A stretch of DNA of 64,000 nt. Origin: an uncultured archaeon. Lineage in GTDB: Archaea; Thermoproteota; EX4484-205; JAAOZP01. The position numbers were made by a program, and so were the translations under genes. The notes under the pieces are model-generated. The model saw only the letters and a program-made list of their open reading frames with translations, was not told the origin of the DNA and made no database searches. The stretch lies in NCBI GenBank assembly GCA_938045545.1, contig CALIBN010000012.1, positions 64,001 through 128,000 on the forward strand. The letters run 5' to 3'. How positions within the stretch are numbered: position 1 is the stretch's first letter; each line of letters opens with the position of its first letter. This document shows positions 1 to 10,188 of the stretch, one piece after another.

Positions 1-11
1 TCAGCGACGAG

Positions 12-254
12 GTGCAGAAACTGTCGAATGAAAGATTTGTTAAGGCTGCCGGGAAAAAAGTGTCAAGCCGGGTTGGAAAAATCCTTCTCGCGTTCTCAGC
101 CTGCCTCCTTATTGCTTCTCCTCTCCCAACAGAAATCGGTGTTTCATTACTGGCTTCAATAAGAAATGTTTCTCCGAGAAAATTTTCAGTAATAGCAGGA
201 ATATTGCATACTGCTGCAATCTTCGTAATCCTGTCGGCCGGAGGTGCTATCTGA
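12..254 (+). CDS. Membrane protein, C-terminal part (probably begins before the window)
   Basis: Two hydrophobic segments with an SPLPTE-type motif; ORF lies at the window edge. Confidence 0.5.
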   Translation: MQKLSNERFVKAAGKKVSSRVGKILLAFSACLLIASPLPTEIGVSLLASIRNVSPRKFSVIAGILHTAAIFVILSAGGAI

Positions 255-969
255 GCATGAGCGCCAGTCCAAATATTTGATTTATGCCTAATACATAGGG
301 ATGTATGGCCAGATGCATGCTATTGCCATATTGCTTTTAGCGAATAGTACGCTGATTTTACTGGCACTTTTAACGAGCAGACGGTTAAAAACCTGAGGGT
401 TAAGCTTTTCCTAGCGTTAATCTTGCTTCGCCCCCGGGAATTCCATATGAATCAAAAAATCTCTTGATAAGATTTTGTTTTTCTTCAAGCGGTTATGGTT
501 CTTAGCAGTGCTCAGCACACACTAGTTGCTTCACACCCCCGCCTCGAATGTTTTAAAGGCTAGCCTTACCCCAGGTTTCCGTACACTGGCTTTGAGATAC
601 TGTTCAGTGCCGGCGTCTATTTTGGCAGGCTTGACGAGACGGCTCCTTGGAAGAAGGGGTAAAAATGGTCTTCACGACGAAGCCCGCTTCACAACTAAAG
701 CCATCCGCCAGGCCTCTGAAAAAAATGGTGTAAACGGCATGAACACACGCCTCAGGCGAACTGAGTGAAGCAAAACGATCCCCTGAAAACGGCTAAATTT
801 TTTCAAACGGATAAGGTTGGTTAAAAGAAGACGGTTGAAAACAAGCTGAATCCAGCGGTTTCCACGCTAAAGGCTGAAAAATAAGTAAGCGAAAAGTTTA
901 AATATCAGTAGGAGAGGGTTGAGTGAAAATGACACCGGCTTTTAAGCTTTTCTGCAGGAGGTTTGAGAG

Positions 970-1902
970 ATGAGCCTCCCAACAGATGAGCTGCAGAGAT
1001 GGGCATGTCCCCAGTGCGGCTCCAAGAAAATAGTAGAGGATAAAAGGTCTGGGGAAATCTACTGTTCAGAATGCGGCTTCGTACTCGTGCAAAAGCTGCT
1101 TGATGAAACAAAAGAATGGAGAGAATTCGGAGACGAGGAGTCTGAAAAAAGAGACAGAGTAGGAAGCCCCCTGTCATCAACAATATACGACTACGGTCTC
1201 TCAACCACGCTTGAAACAGGAATCAAGGACGCAACCGGCAAGGTTCTTTCCGAGAAAGCAATGGCAGAAGCACAGAAGCTTAGACTGTGGCAGCAGAGAA
1301 ACAGAGCATACAACTCGGCGGAGAGAAACCTGCAGGTCGCGAGCAAAGTAATCTCGCAAATAGCAGACCAGCTTAAAGCACCCAAAGCAACATACGTGAG
1401 GGCAGTCCAAATCTACCGTGACGCACTTGAAAGAGGCCTCGTGAGAGGAAGGCCGATAAACAGCCTCGCGGCAGCAGCACTATATGCCGCATGCAGAGAC
1501 AGCGGAATACCAAGAACATTGAAAGAGGTTGCAAACGCTTCAGGACTCAAAAGAAAAGAAGTAGCAAGAAGCTACAGACTACTAATCAGATCATTAGAAA
1601 GCAAAATGCCACTGAGTGACCCAGCAATATACGTCGAAAAAGTCGCAAGCAAACTCAAAGTCGGACCAGAAGTAGAAAGAGAAACATTGAAAATTTTAAA
1701 AGAAGCAAAAGATAAAAAGATTACGGCTGGCAAGGATCCCCTTGGGATGGTCGCCGCAGCCATGTATCTTGCTACGCAGAGGCTTGGTTTACAGTTGTTC
1801 ACTCAGAAGCAGATTGCTGAGGCGAGCAACGTTACTGAGGTCACTGTGAGGAACAGGTATAAGGGTCTGCGTGAAGCATTGGAAGGAATTAAAGAAGTAT
1901 AA
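970..1902 (+). CDS. tfb: Transcription initiation factor IIB
   Basis: Zn ribbon CPQC..CSECG, EWREF, LVRGR, PRTLKEVA, AGKDP, VTEVTVRNRYK. Confidence 0.98.
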   Translation: MSLPTDELQRWACPQCGSKKIVEDKRSGEIYCSECGFVLVQKLLDETKEWREFGDEESEKRDRVGSPLSSTIYDYGLSTTLETGIKDATGKVLSEKAMAEAQKLRLWQQRNRAYNSAERNLQVASKVISQIADQLKAPKATYVRAVQIYRDALERGLVRGRPINSLAAAALYAACRDSGIPRTLKEVANASGLKRKEVARSYRLLIRSLESKMPLSDPAIYVEKVASKLKVGPEVERETLKILKEAKDKKITAGKDPLGMVAAAMYLATQRLGLQLFTQKQIAEASNVTEVTVRNRYKGLREALEGIKEV

Positions 1903-2089
1903 TCTTATTTAAAACTTTTTTTAATTTATTTTTAATATCCTTACCGTTCTTGATTAATTTAAGTATCTTCAACTCTTAAAAGTTTATGAGCAGGACTAAT
2001 CAACTCCGAAAAACCACAAAGGCTTAAGCGCGCTAGTTATGGAGATATGGATATGAAAGTCAGTAGGAGGAAGAAAGAGATTGTAGTAG

Positions 2090-2273
2090 GTGTTTTCAGA
2101 AGCCTTATACTGATGCCTCTGAAAGAAGAAATGCTTGGAGACTTGACAACGCTCTTCCTAACCCTTAAAGAAGCAGCAAATCCTCTTGACATCTTGCTTC
2201 AACATAAGATGCTCCAAGCTTCAACGCCTCTTCTAAAGCCTAAGAGCAGGATTTAGACGTGCTACTTATCCAT
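2090..2273 (-). pseudogene. TldD/PmbA family N-terminal fragment
   Basis: Minus-strand frames read ALEEALKLGASYVEARCQ then LRVRKSVVKSPSISSFRGISIRLL, broken by stops and frameshifts. Confidence 0.55.
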
Positions 2274-2601
2274 CTCCCCAGTTTTATTTAAAATCGGATG
2301 AGACTCAAAAATTACTTGAAACAAGCACATCTCTTCTAATGATTCGAATCGAAAAACTATCTAATTTAGACAAACCTATATGGTTTCCCCAAGGTATTCT
2401 TGAGACACCCGGAGGATGATGAGGTTTTTAACCGCGTAACGAATCTATCGAGAGAAGCCGTTAAACATCTATACTTGCTAAGAATAAAGGGTATTTACGG
2501 CTTGGTTAAGGCTCTAGCATTCTTCAAATGCTTAGGCTCAATCCAGCTTCCGGAAGTGGATTTAACTTCTATTCCGAATTGTTTATTATTCACGAGGACC
2601 A

Positions 2602-4590
2602 CTATGTCAACTTCAGTTTTATGAAGCCTAGCTTAAAGGCTGGCGAGGCTGGCTTTAAGCAGAAATCATCCTCATCGGGTGCGTTAAACAACGGATCTGC
2701 AATAAGAGAGTTCCTATCCATTCCCAGTTCCCGCCATTCTTCCCACGAGAATTTTCCGAAGAGGATTTCGCCACCTCCTTCCCTCCAATACAGGTTATGG
2801 TCGAAAACAAATCCAAGATCATCTATGTTACCCGCCAGCAAGCTGCCCTCTCGCCAGTAGACGATGTTACGCTCAAAGATGAAACTGACGTGCTGCTCCG
2901 GACGTGTACGCTGAATCTGTGCATCCCGTCCGAAAGCAAAGATGTTGTTGCGGATAATGTTTTCCCTACCGTAATGCTGGTGGAATCCCCCATGAGTTGT
3001 ACGGTAGACGATGTTTCCCTCGGCAATAATGTTGGTGCTCCCCTCGTCGAAATAAATCCCCCAGCCTCCGTAGCGGAGACCTGCGACATCATGAATCCGA
3101 TTTAATCTGATGACTGTTCCCGGTTGAACCCCCAGTGTGTAAACCCCACCCATGTCGCTTAAGATTGGCCCTTCCCCATTCGATAGGACACCGATGTGGT
3201 GAATATGGTTTGATTCAACTGTATTCCCCATTGCAATTGATCTTCCGTAGCCCCAGGTCCAGCCGATGGAAACACCCGTGTAGTAGAAATCATGAATATG
3301 ATTATGAATAATGCGGTTGTTATAACTCTGTCCAATATATATCGCGACAGCACTGTGAAAGAAACGCCCTCCCCCGTGTATGTGGCAATCAATAACCTCA
3401 TTGCCGTAGGTTTGCTCGCTTTCAGATTCACGGATCAGGGTTTCCCCTATTTTAACACCTCCAGCCCCCAGGTCGAAAAACTCACATCCGACGATACGGT
3501 TATTCTGGCAGCCGCGTGCCAGCTCTAAAGCATAGTTTCCAAGATGAGTAAAAGTGCATTCTTCGAAGATACAGTTGCGGACTCCTTCCCCGTAAACAGA
3601 TCCAGGCACGCCTATGGCTGCCTGGGGGAACCCTCCAACGCTGGAGCCCTCTGGAAAATACCATTCAGTATGGGAAAATGTTAAGCCTTGGAAAAACAGG
3701 TTTTCAACAAACATGCCTTCCTCGGGCTTGCCCTCAAATCGGATGAGTTCGCTGATCACTGGTACTACAGCCTCCGCGTTAGACGGCTCCTCGCCAGGAA
3801 ACGGAATATAGTGAAGCATCGCGGTCTTAGGGTCTAGAAACCATTCTCCCTGAGAATCAAGCAGCTCGTAAACATTCTCCACATAATATAGGTCACCAGG
3901 GTCCAGACGGAAAACGCTTCTTTTACTGGAGCACACCATATGCTCCTCCTCTTTCACACCGGCTATTGGCAGGCGTGATTCAACCCAACGGTTCATAACC
4001 ACGATCTCCCCCGCGTCCACAGTGCTCCAAGCCTTAAGGTCTCCATCAAAGAATCGGAAGCAGTTTTGCCCTTCATCCCATTTTGTTTCAGGAGTTACGC
4101 CTGGAGCCTCTGCTACTTTAAAGTAGCCCCTGTTAGGGCTGCGGGCGCGAATGCAAGGGTGCCCGTTGACCCAGAGGTGTCGAAAGAACTGTTTGCCTCC
4201 AAATGTTTCAGGAACCCTTGCCACCCACAGCTTCCTTCCATCTACAACAGTTTGCTCCCAACCCGTTAATAATCTTCCACCGCTGATAACCGGTTTCTCA
4301 CCGGGATATGCTGCGAAGCATATTGGATGGTTGAGGGTTCCAGAATCCTCAGGTTTGAAGACCAGAGGATCAGCCAAAAAGTAGATGCCGCCGCGAACCA
4401 GAACGGTGACAGGCTGCCTAAGCGTTCCTCCCTGCTGATGCTTCAACTCGCGAATCGATTCCAAGGCACGATGAAGCGTGGCAAGAGGCCCGTCTGTTTT
4501 AAACTGGTTTGGCGTAGGCGTCTTTCCCGACCAAGAATCACTACCGTTAGGAGCGACATGGATAAAGACGGCGTCTCCACCGCTATTCAT
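2602..4590 (-). CDS. Right-handed parallel beta-helix protein (GH141-like/pectin-lyase fold)
   Basis: APNGSDSWSG..DGPLATL, VRGGIY, repeated NxIH beta-helix turns, SDMGGVY, WGIYFDEGS. Confidence 0.85.
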   Translation of the reverse strand: MNSGGDAVFIHVAPNGSDSWSGKTPTPNQFKTDGPLATLHRALESIRELKHQQGGTLRQPVTVLVRGGIYFLADPLVFKPEDSGTLNHPICFAAYPGEKPVISGGRLLTGWEQTVVDGRKLWVARVPETFGGKQFFRHLWVNGHPCIRARSPNRGYFKVAEAPGVTPETKWDEGQNCFRFFDGDLKAWSTVDAGEIVVMNRWVESRLPIAGVKEEEHMVCSSKRSVFRLDPGDLYYVENVYELLDSQGEWFLDPKTAMLHYIPFPGEEPSNAEAVVPVISELIRFEGKPEEGMFVENLFFQGLTFSHTEWYFPEGSSVGGFPQAAIGVPGSVYGEGVRNCIFEECTFTHLGNYALELARGCQNNRIVGCEFFDLGAGGVKIGETLIRESESEQTYGNEVIDCHIHGGGRFFHSAVAIYIGQSYNNRIIHNHIHDFYYTGVSIGWTWGYGRSIAMGNTVESNHIHHIGVLSNGEGPILSDMGGVYTLGVQPGTVIRLNRIHDVAGLRYGGWGIYFDEGSTNIIAEGNIVYRTTHGGFHQHYGRENIIRNNIFAFGRDAQIQRTRPEQHVSFIFERNIVYWREGSLLAGNIDDLGFVFDHNLYWREGGGEILFGKFSWEEWRELGMDRNSLIADPLFNAPDEDDFCLKPASPAFKLGFIKLKLT

Positions 4591-5032
4591 TTTAGGTTGG
4601 AAAGATTGGAAACTATTTAAAATTACATTAACCTAGCATTTTCTTCAGTTTCAGCTGGAAACGTGTGCAGGATGTTTGAATCAGGCTTGGCCAGCTAATG
4701 CTTGCTGGAGGATGTTGATGGTGCTCGCCAGAGGGAAAATAGCATCGCCCCGAATATCGGCGAGGCCAACACTTTTTAACAACATGGCCCGCCGCAACTC
4801 CTGTGGAGCATCATGCTGGGCTGCGATGATTCATGGTGGTAAGCAGTTGTTTTCGATAAGCAGGCGAAAAGGAGAATTATATTACCATGCATTATGATCA
4901 TTATAAACTAAGCATGTTTCAGCTTCAAATCAAGATTTTAAAAGTCCTGCGAGAAGCATGTGCCTGCTCAACGGTACCACTTGGTGTAGTAAGGGATAGA
5001 GAGCCATGCAGATTCTATCTTAACGCTGTCCT

Positions 5033-5527
5033 TCACGAGGTAGTTTTACTACTCCGAATTCCACCATCCTGTTTTCCGCAGGCCTTGAAAACCCTACCGG
5101 CTTTCGTTAAATAGTATAGTTGCAGTATTGATATGGCTAGCAGCGCTATAAGCAGGATGGAATAGACTGTTCTAACACTAGGATCCCTGACGTAAATGTT
5201 TACCAGTAGGAGCGATACGAGCAGTATTCCAACGGTTACTCTTGCTATTCTCATCATGAAAAGGTTTCTCCGGGCGTTCCGGGCCTCCAGCATTTCGCCT
5301 CTCCGCTTCTCCAGCTGCTTTAACCGCTCTTCGGAAAGATAGTACTTGCCCTCTTTCTCAACGAACACTCCCAGCTTCCCCAAACGGCCGCGCATGAGGC
5401 GTCTGAACCATGGCGGGAGGCCGATTTCCTCCGGGGTCATAGCCTTATCGGGGCTTGTAGCCCCCTTCTCGCGAAACTTTTCAACAAGCTCGAGCAGCCT
5501 CCGCCTGGCTTCAGCCTGTTCCATCAC
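5033..5527 (-). CDS. Hypothetical membrane protein with wHTH-like N-terminus and two TM helices
   Basis: Charged N-terminal domain ending EGKYYLSE; two C-terminal hydrophobic helices. Confidence 0.7.
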   Translation of the reverse strand: MMEQAEARRRLLELVEKFREKGATSPDKAMTPEEIGLPPWFRRLMRGRLGKLGVFVEKEGKYYLSEERLKQLEKRRGEMLEARNARRNLFMMRIARVTVGILLVSLLLVNIYVRDPSVRTVYSILLIALLAISILQLYYLTKAGRVFKACGKQDGGIRSSKTTS

Positions 5528-5573
5528 ACTCTAAACCAAGCCTAGTGGAAATATAACGCTTACTCTGGAGCAA

Positions 5574-6032
5574 CTATGTTTTACCGTGGGCAGCGGTCGT
5601 GTAGGTTGACCTCAACTCCCTGATGAGGCTCAGAAGAGTCTTAACCCGACTGTCAAGATATGCTTCGAGTTCATGCGGCATCTCGCCCCTGGTTTTCCCA
5701 AGGCTCCGCGGGTCTATGTTTTCAACTATGCCCTCCATTTTCCCGAGAAGAATGCTGATCCACATGTAAGTCAGGCTTAGGCTAGGCTCATTTTTGACTC
5801 CAGGGTTGAATCTTTCAATAAATTCGTCGATTATCTGCTCGATACTGTTAAGCTTATTGATGAAGGCTTCTGCGTCGCCGCATGATAGTGCTGCAGGCCT
5901 GCCGGCTATGCCTGAGGCCTCCGGGGGCTCACCCTCGGAAACAAGTTTTCTCAAGTCTTTAACGTATTTCCGGAGGGCGAGGGCGGCGGAGAAGACGAAT
6001 CTCTCATGCTTCCTATCCAGCTGGTTGCTCAA
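5574..6032 (-). CDS. Hypothetical all-alpha protein
   Basis: 152 aa ORF whose start overlaps the stop of the upstream gene by 4 bp. Confidence 0.7.
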   Translation of the reverse strand: MSNQLDRKHERFVFSAALALRKYVKDLRKLVSEGEPPEASGIAGRPAALSCGDAEAFINKLNSIEQIIDEFIERFNPGVKNEPSLSLTYMWISILLGKMEGIVENIDPRSLGKTRGEMPHELEAYLDSRVKTLLSLIRELRSTYTTAAHGKT

Positions 6033-6877
6033 AACGCCTCCACCTTCAGGCCTAGCATTCTTAGAGAGGAAACTGCTTGAAAAGTATACTCGAAAGAGGA
6101 GATGCCGTGCTCCAGGCTCCTTCTGAAACCACCGTTAGTGTTCTGGCAACCCAGGATGAAGCTCAGGGTCTCGTCGTGGTAAAGAGGCTCCTCGTTAAGC
6201 AGTCGGAGGCACGTTAGCCCCATGAAAGTCGGCTCCATGAATGAGGGTTTGGCGCCGGGTTTAAGGGAGAAGCCTCCCTCAGGGTTCTCGTGCAGCCTCA
6301 CGAAGTGCAGCGTGTCCAGCATCCCCCCGACAGGATGGTTCAGCGTTGAAAGCGTTTTGAGAGCGTAAAAGGTCGTGTTTAGGCTTGATTCCACAGTGCC
6401 GAAGCCACCATCAGGATTCTTCAGAGAAAGGACGAATTCTATTATCTTTTCACGGTGCTGCTCAATGTTGAGCATGCTCATAAGCTCTACGCACATGAAT
6501 GTTGTTTCAACCTCTGAAACCGTTTCCACGTCAACCTCGTATGCTCCAAACCTCCCCGTTGAATCCATCAGTTCAAAAACATGCTTGGAAACGTCTACCA
6601 GAGGCTGGTTGAGAATCATTAGAATCCTGTTGACGAGATAGTAGTCCCTAATGTTCATAGCGTTATATTTTCTAACCCATGTTATAGTGTCGTCAACCCT
6701 GGGGGGACTTACTTTAAGAATCCTCAGGGTCTCGAGGGCAAGATAAGTGTCGTAGAGAGTGGAGTCCGTGTACTGGACGGAGGTATAACCCCCGTCGTCA
6801 TTCTGCCTTGCAGTAATATACTCCACTGTTTTCCGCAGCAGAATCCCCCTCTCTATCCTAGCCGCCTCAGTTCCCAA
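6029..6877 (-). CDS. Prenyltransferase/squalene-cyclase repeat protein (COG1689-like)
   Basis: Repeats RQNDDGGY, KNPDGGFG, ENPEGGFS, CQNTNGGFRR. Confidence 0.85.
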   Translation of the reverse strand: MGTEAARIERGILLRKTVEYITARQNDDGGYTSVQYTDSTLYDTYLALETLRILKVSPPRVDDTITWVRKYNAMNIRDYYLVNRILMILNQPLVDVSKHVFELMDSTGRFGAYEVDVETVSEVETTFMCVELMSMLNIEQHREKIIEFVLSLKNPDGGFGTVESSLNTTFYALKTLSTLNHPVGGMLDTLHFVRLHENPEGGFSLKPGAKPSFMEPTFMGLTCLRLLNEEPLYHDETLSFILGCQNTNGGFRRSLEHGISSFEYTFQAVSSLRMLGLKVEAF

Positions 6878-6900
6878 CCATATCGTCCTCCATGAATACA

Positions 6901-6953
6901 GGGTAGGAGCTATCAGCCTCGCTTGAGGCGGTTGGAGGAGAGCTCCATCTCCC
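6901..6953 (-). ncRNA. Fluoride riboswitch (crcB motif)
   Basis: Minus strand GGAGATGGAGCTCTCC-TCCAACC-GCCTCAAGCGAGGC-TGATAGCTCCTACC: P1 GGAGA/UCUCC, pseudoknot GGAGC/GCUCC, hairpin GCCUC/GAGGC, conserved GAUG, AACC and CCUAC. Confidence 0.92.
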
Positions 6954-7341
6954 AGCCGTCCTTGGGGGCGGCTGGCGAGTTTTCGACCAGCGGCTTTATT
7001 AACTTTTCTCCATCGCTATGTAAAGTATTTAGCCGACCTTTCCCCAACTCTCAACTAGCGAGTAGCAAGGCCAAGCCGGAAAACGAAGCCAAATACTCTG
7101 GCGCAGAGCACCGCTGTGGATAGACCGGCGTCAAGCTTTTTCAACCTCAAGCCGGTAGGAGCCTCACACTGCCGGCTGGTGGTGCTAGACTCAGGAGTTG
7201 AACATTAATCAGAATCAGTAATAAAGAAACACCTATTTCAGAGAAACTTTTTAAACCTCGTCTACACGTGGCGCCGGCAAGCATTGAGTGGAAAACCAGT
7301 TGAAGACACATGGCTAAACACGAGTAGCATGGTTAGGCAGG

Positions 7342-9273
7342 ATGCTTCAATTCTGCAACATTTGGGTGAGAAAAATGCAACAGTATCTTGAAGCGTTGAG
7401 AATGAGAATGAGCAGGCCTGACTACCTGAAGCTCTCAGCCATACCTGTCCCCAGGGTTCACCGCTTTATCTCAGAATCCGTGGAGCTGTGCAACCCTGAT
7501 CGAGTGTTCGTCTGCACTGATTCGCCGGAGGACATAGCGTACGTTAGGCGTCAGGCAGTTGTCTCGGGCGAGGAGAGGCCCTTGGCTACCCCGGGGCACA
7601 CGTATCATTTCGACGGCCCGCGTGACCAGGGTAGGGACCGGGAATTAACCAAATACCTCGTGCCCAAGTGGGATTCTCTGGATAAGGCTCTTAACCAGGT
7701 TGAGCGGGAGGAGGGTTTAACCGAGATAAAGGGCCTGTTGAGGAACATTATGCGGGGGCGCACGATGATAGTTCGTTTTCTCTCGCTGGGCCCAGTCGGC
7801 TCAGTATTCAGCATCCCCTGCATGGAGTGCACCGACTCCTGGTATGTCGCCCACTCCGTGGACCTGCTCTACCGTCAAGCATACGAAGCGTTCCGCCGCA
7901 GCGGGGTTCCAGACGACTTTTTCTGCGTACTCCATTCAGCCGGTAGGCTGGATGAAAGGATGATCAGCATGGAGCCGGATAAGAAGCGCATCTACATAGA
8001 CTACGTTGAAAACACTGTTTACAGCGTTAACACTCAGTACGGTGGTAACAGTATCGGCTTCAAGAAGCTTGCTCTACGCTTAACGATCCGCAGGGCTCAC
8101 CGTGAAGGCTGGCTGGCGGAACACATGATGATAACAGGGGTTCACGGTCCAGGTGGGCGTAAAACCTATTTCGCAGGAGCGTTTCCAAGCGGCTGTGGGA
8201 AAACCTCTACCGCGATGATCCCGGGTAACACTATTCTTGCCGACGACATTGCTTACCTGAGAAACATCGATGGGGTTTGCCGTGCGGTTAACGCTGAAGT
8301 CGGGATCTTCGGAATTCTTAAGGACGTCAATCCTGTCGACGATCCTGTAATCTGGGAGGTGCTTACGAAGCCGGGCGAGGTGATTTTTTCAAACGTGCTC
8401 GTTAAAGACGGTAAGCCCTACTGGCTTGGCATGGGCTGCGAGATTCCGAAGGAGGGGGAGAACTACACCGGCTACTGGTGGGAGGGTAAGAAGGATGAGA
8501 ATGGCGAAGAGATCCCACCCGCTAATAAGAACGCCCGCTACACGGTTTCGCTTAAAGCACTGGGGAACTGCGACCCTGAGCTTGACAACCCGATGGGCGT
8601 GGAACTCGGCGGAATCATATACGGGTGTCGTGACGCACGGGGCTATGTGCCTGTTCAACAGAGCTTCAGCTGGGAGCACGGTATTATCGCTTATGGGGCT
8701 GCGCTCGAGACAGAGACTACTTTCACGCTTGTTGAGGACGAGGGCAAGTATGAGATAAACATTATGAGCATTCAGGACTTCGTCTCAATCCCGCTTGGAG
8801 AGTATGTGCGTAACAATCTTGAATTCGGCAGAAGGCTTAGGAAGCAGCCTCTTGTCTTTGGGGTTAACTATTTCCTTAGGGACTTGAAGACGGGAGAGTT
8901 TCTGAACGATAGGCGGGATAAGCAGGTTTGGATGAAATGGATGGAGCTGAGGGTTAACAGAGACGTGGACGCCATAAAATCCCCCACCGGCTGGATTCCC
9001 AAGTACGAGGACTTGAGAAGGCTTTTCCGGGATGTACGTGGCGTCGAGTATTCTAAGGCGGACTACGTGAAACAGTTTACAACGCGTGTCCGTGAAAACC
9101 TGGCTAAAATAAACCGTGTGGAAAGGTTCTTCAAGGAGAATGCGAAAGACACGCCCCAGGAACTATTTGAAATCCTCGAGGAGCAGAGGGTCCGTTTAAC
9201 AAAAGTACAGAAAAAGTTTGGGAACTATGTTTCTCCTGAAAACCTGGAGAAAGAGGACTGGATGGAAGAATAG
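7342..9273 (+). CDS. pckG: GTP-dependent phosphoenolpyruvate carboxykinase (true start may be ATG 7375)
   Basis: YGGNSIGFKKLALR, WLAEHM, AFPSGCGKTS, ADDIA, FGVNYF. Confidence 0.96.
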   Translation: MLQFCNIWVRKMQQYLEALRMRMSRPDYLKLSAIPVPRVHRFISESVELCNPDRVFVCTDSPEDIAYVRRQAVVSGEERPLATPGHTYHFDGPRDQGRDRELTKYLVPKWDSLDKALNQVEREEGLTEIKGLLRNIMRGRTMIVRFLSLGPVGSVFSIPCMECTDSWYVAHSVDLLYRQAYEAFRRSGVPDDFFCVLHSAGRLDERMISMEPDKKRIYIDYVENTVYSVNTQYGGNSIGFKKLALRLTIRRAHREGWLAEHMMITGVHGPGGRKTYFAGAFPSGCGKTSTAMIPGNTILADDIAYLRNIDGVCRAVNAEVGIFGILKDVNPVDDPVIWEVLTKPGEVIFSNVLVKDGKPYWLGMGCEIPKEGENYTGYWWEGKKDENGEEIPPANKNARYTVSLKALGNCDPELDNPMGVELGGIIYGCRDARGYVPVQQSFSWEHGIIAYGAALETETTFTLVEDEGKYEINIMSIQDFVSIPLGEYVRNNLEFGRRLRKQPLVFGVNYFLRDLKTGEFLNDRRDKQVWMKWMELRVNRDVDAIKSPTGWIPKYEDLRRLFRDVRGVEYSKADYVKQFTTRVRENLAKINRVERFFKENAKDTPQELFEILEEQRVRLTKVQKKFGNYVSPENLEKEDWMEE

Positions 9274-9285
9274 GGTTAAACTGTT

Positions 9286-10134
9286 CTAAGCGGTCGCTCC
9301 CTCTAACGACTTGGCACACTCACACTTTTTCTCGTCCGGCGTGTTTTTAACGGCTCTCGCAAGCAGCCTCTTAACGTTGTCTATGTTCCTGTTAAAAATC
9401 TCCTTAACCTCCTCATGCGTGATCTTCACCGGCCCCGTGCCTGCAGCATAGTTGGTGGACATCACTATGCTTGCGTAGCATATTCCGAGCTCTCTCGCCA
9501 AGGCTACCTCGGGGTAGCCTGTCATCCCGACGACGTCAGCGCCCCATGTCCTGTAGGCTGCAATCTCCGCCGGAGACTCGAACCTAGGCCCCTCGGTGCA
9601 TATGTAAGTGCCCCTTGGATGGTGGAATATATTCTCCTCCACGCAGGATTTTATTAAAACCTCTCTAAGCTCTGGGCAATAAGGGTTCGTAAAATCGATG
9701 TGCACCACTCCGCCGACTGGAGGCTTATCCTTGAAGACTTTAACTTTAGTCCTGCCGTTGAAAAAAGTAGGTATTCTCCTCTTAGTCGCGTCTATAACCT
9801 GGTCGACGATGACGAATTCTCCGGGCTTGATATTCGGGTTTATTGAGCCAGCCGCCTGGGTTGTGAATATTCTTTCAACACCCAGCTTCTTAAGGCCATA
9901 AATGTTCGCCCTGTAGTTTATCTCTGACGGTGGAACAGCGTGGGAAACCCTAAGGCTGCCCGGCTTAGCATGTCTCGGCAGGAAGGCAACGGCCTTATCG
10001 CCAATATATCCTAGTTCTACTCTTGGCGTTTTGCCGAAGGGGGTTTCGACAATCCTGTGTCCAACTGCCTCGAGAAGAGTGTAAAGCCCTGATCCGCCTA
10101 TTATCCCTATTCTAACCTCCTTTATCTTAGGCAT
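9286..10134 (-). CDS. mtnP: S-methyl-5'-thioadenosine/purine nucleoside phosphorylase
   Basis: IGIIGGSG, FLPRH, INYRANI, EGPRFES, VVGMT, TNYAAG. Confidence 0.93.
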   Translation of the reverse strand: MPKIKEVRIGIIGGSGLYTLLEAVGHRIVETPFGKTPRVELGYIGDKAVAFLPRHAKPGSLRVSHAVPPSEINYRANIYGLKKLGVERIFTTQAAGSINPNIKPGEFVIVDQVIDATKRRIPTFFNGRTKVKVFKDKPPVGGVVHIDFTNPYCPELREVLIKSCVEENIFHHPRGTYICTEGPRFESPAEIAAYRTWGADVVGMTGYPEVALARELGICYASIVMSTNYAAGTGPVKITHEEVKEIFNRNIDNVKRLLARAVKNTPDEKKCECAKSLEGATA

Positions 10135-10188
10135 GTAAGGTTCTTCAAAGGGGCCCTTAGATAAGTTTTACCGGCTTAACTGCTGCCG

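Noticed and set aside
526-768. ORF upstream of tfb, considered as Gar1
   Set aside because: No Gar1 motifs in the frames I read and no convincing coding signal.
7145-7200. Possible second fluoride riboswitch (minus-strand GGCTCCTACC)
   Set aside because: Lacks the GGxGAUGG P1 and pseudoknot elements; only a simple hairpin is present.
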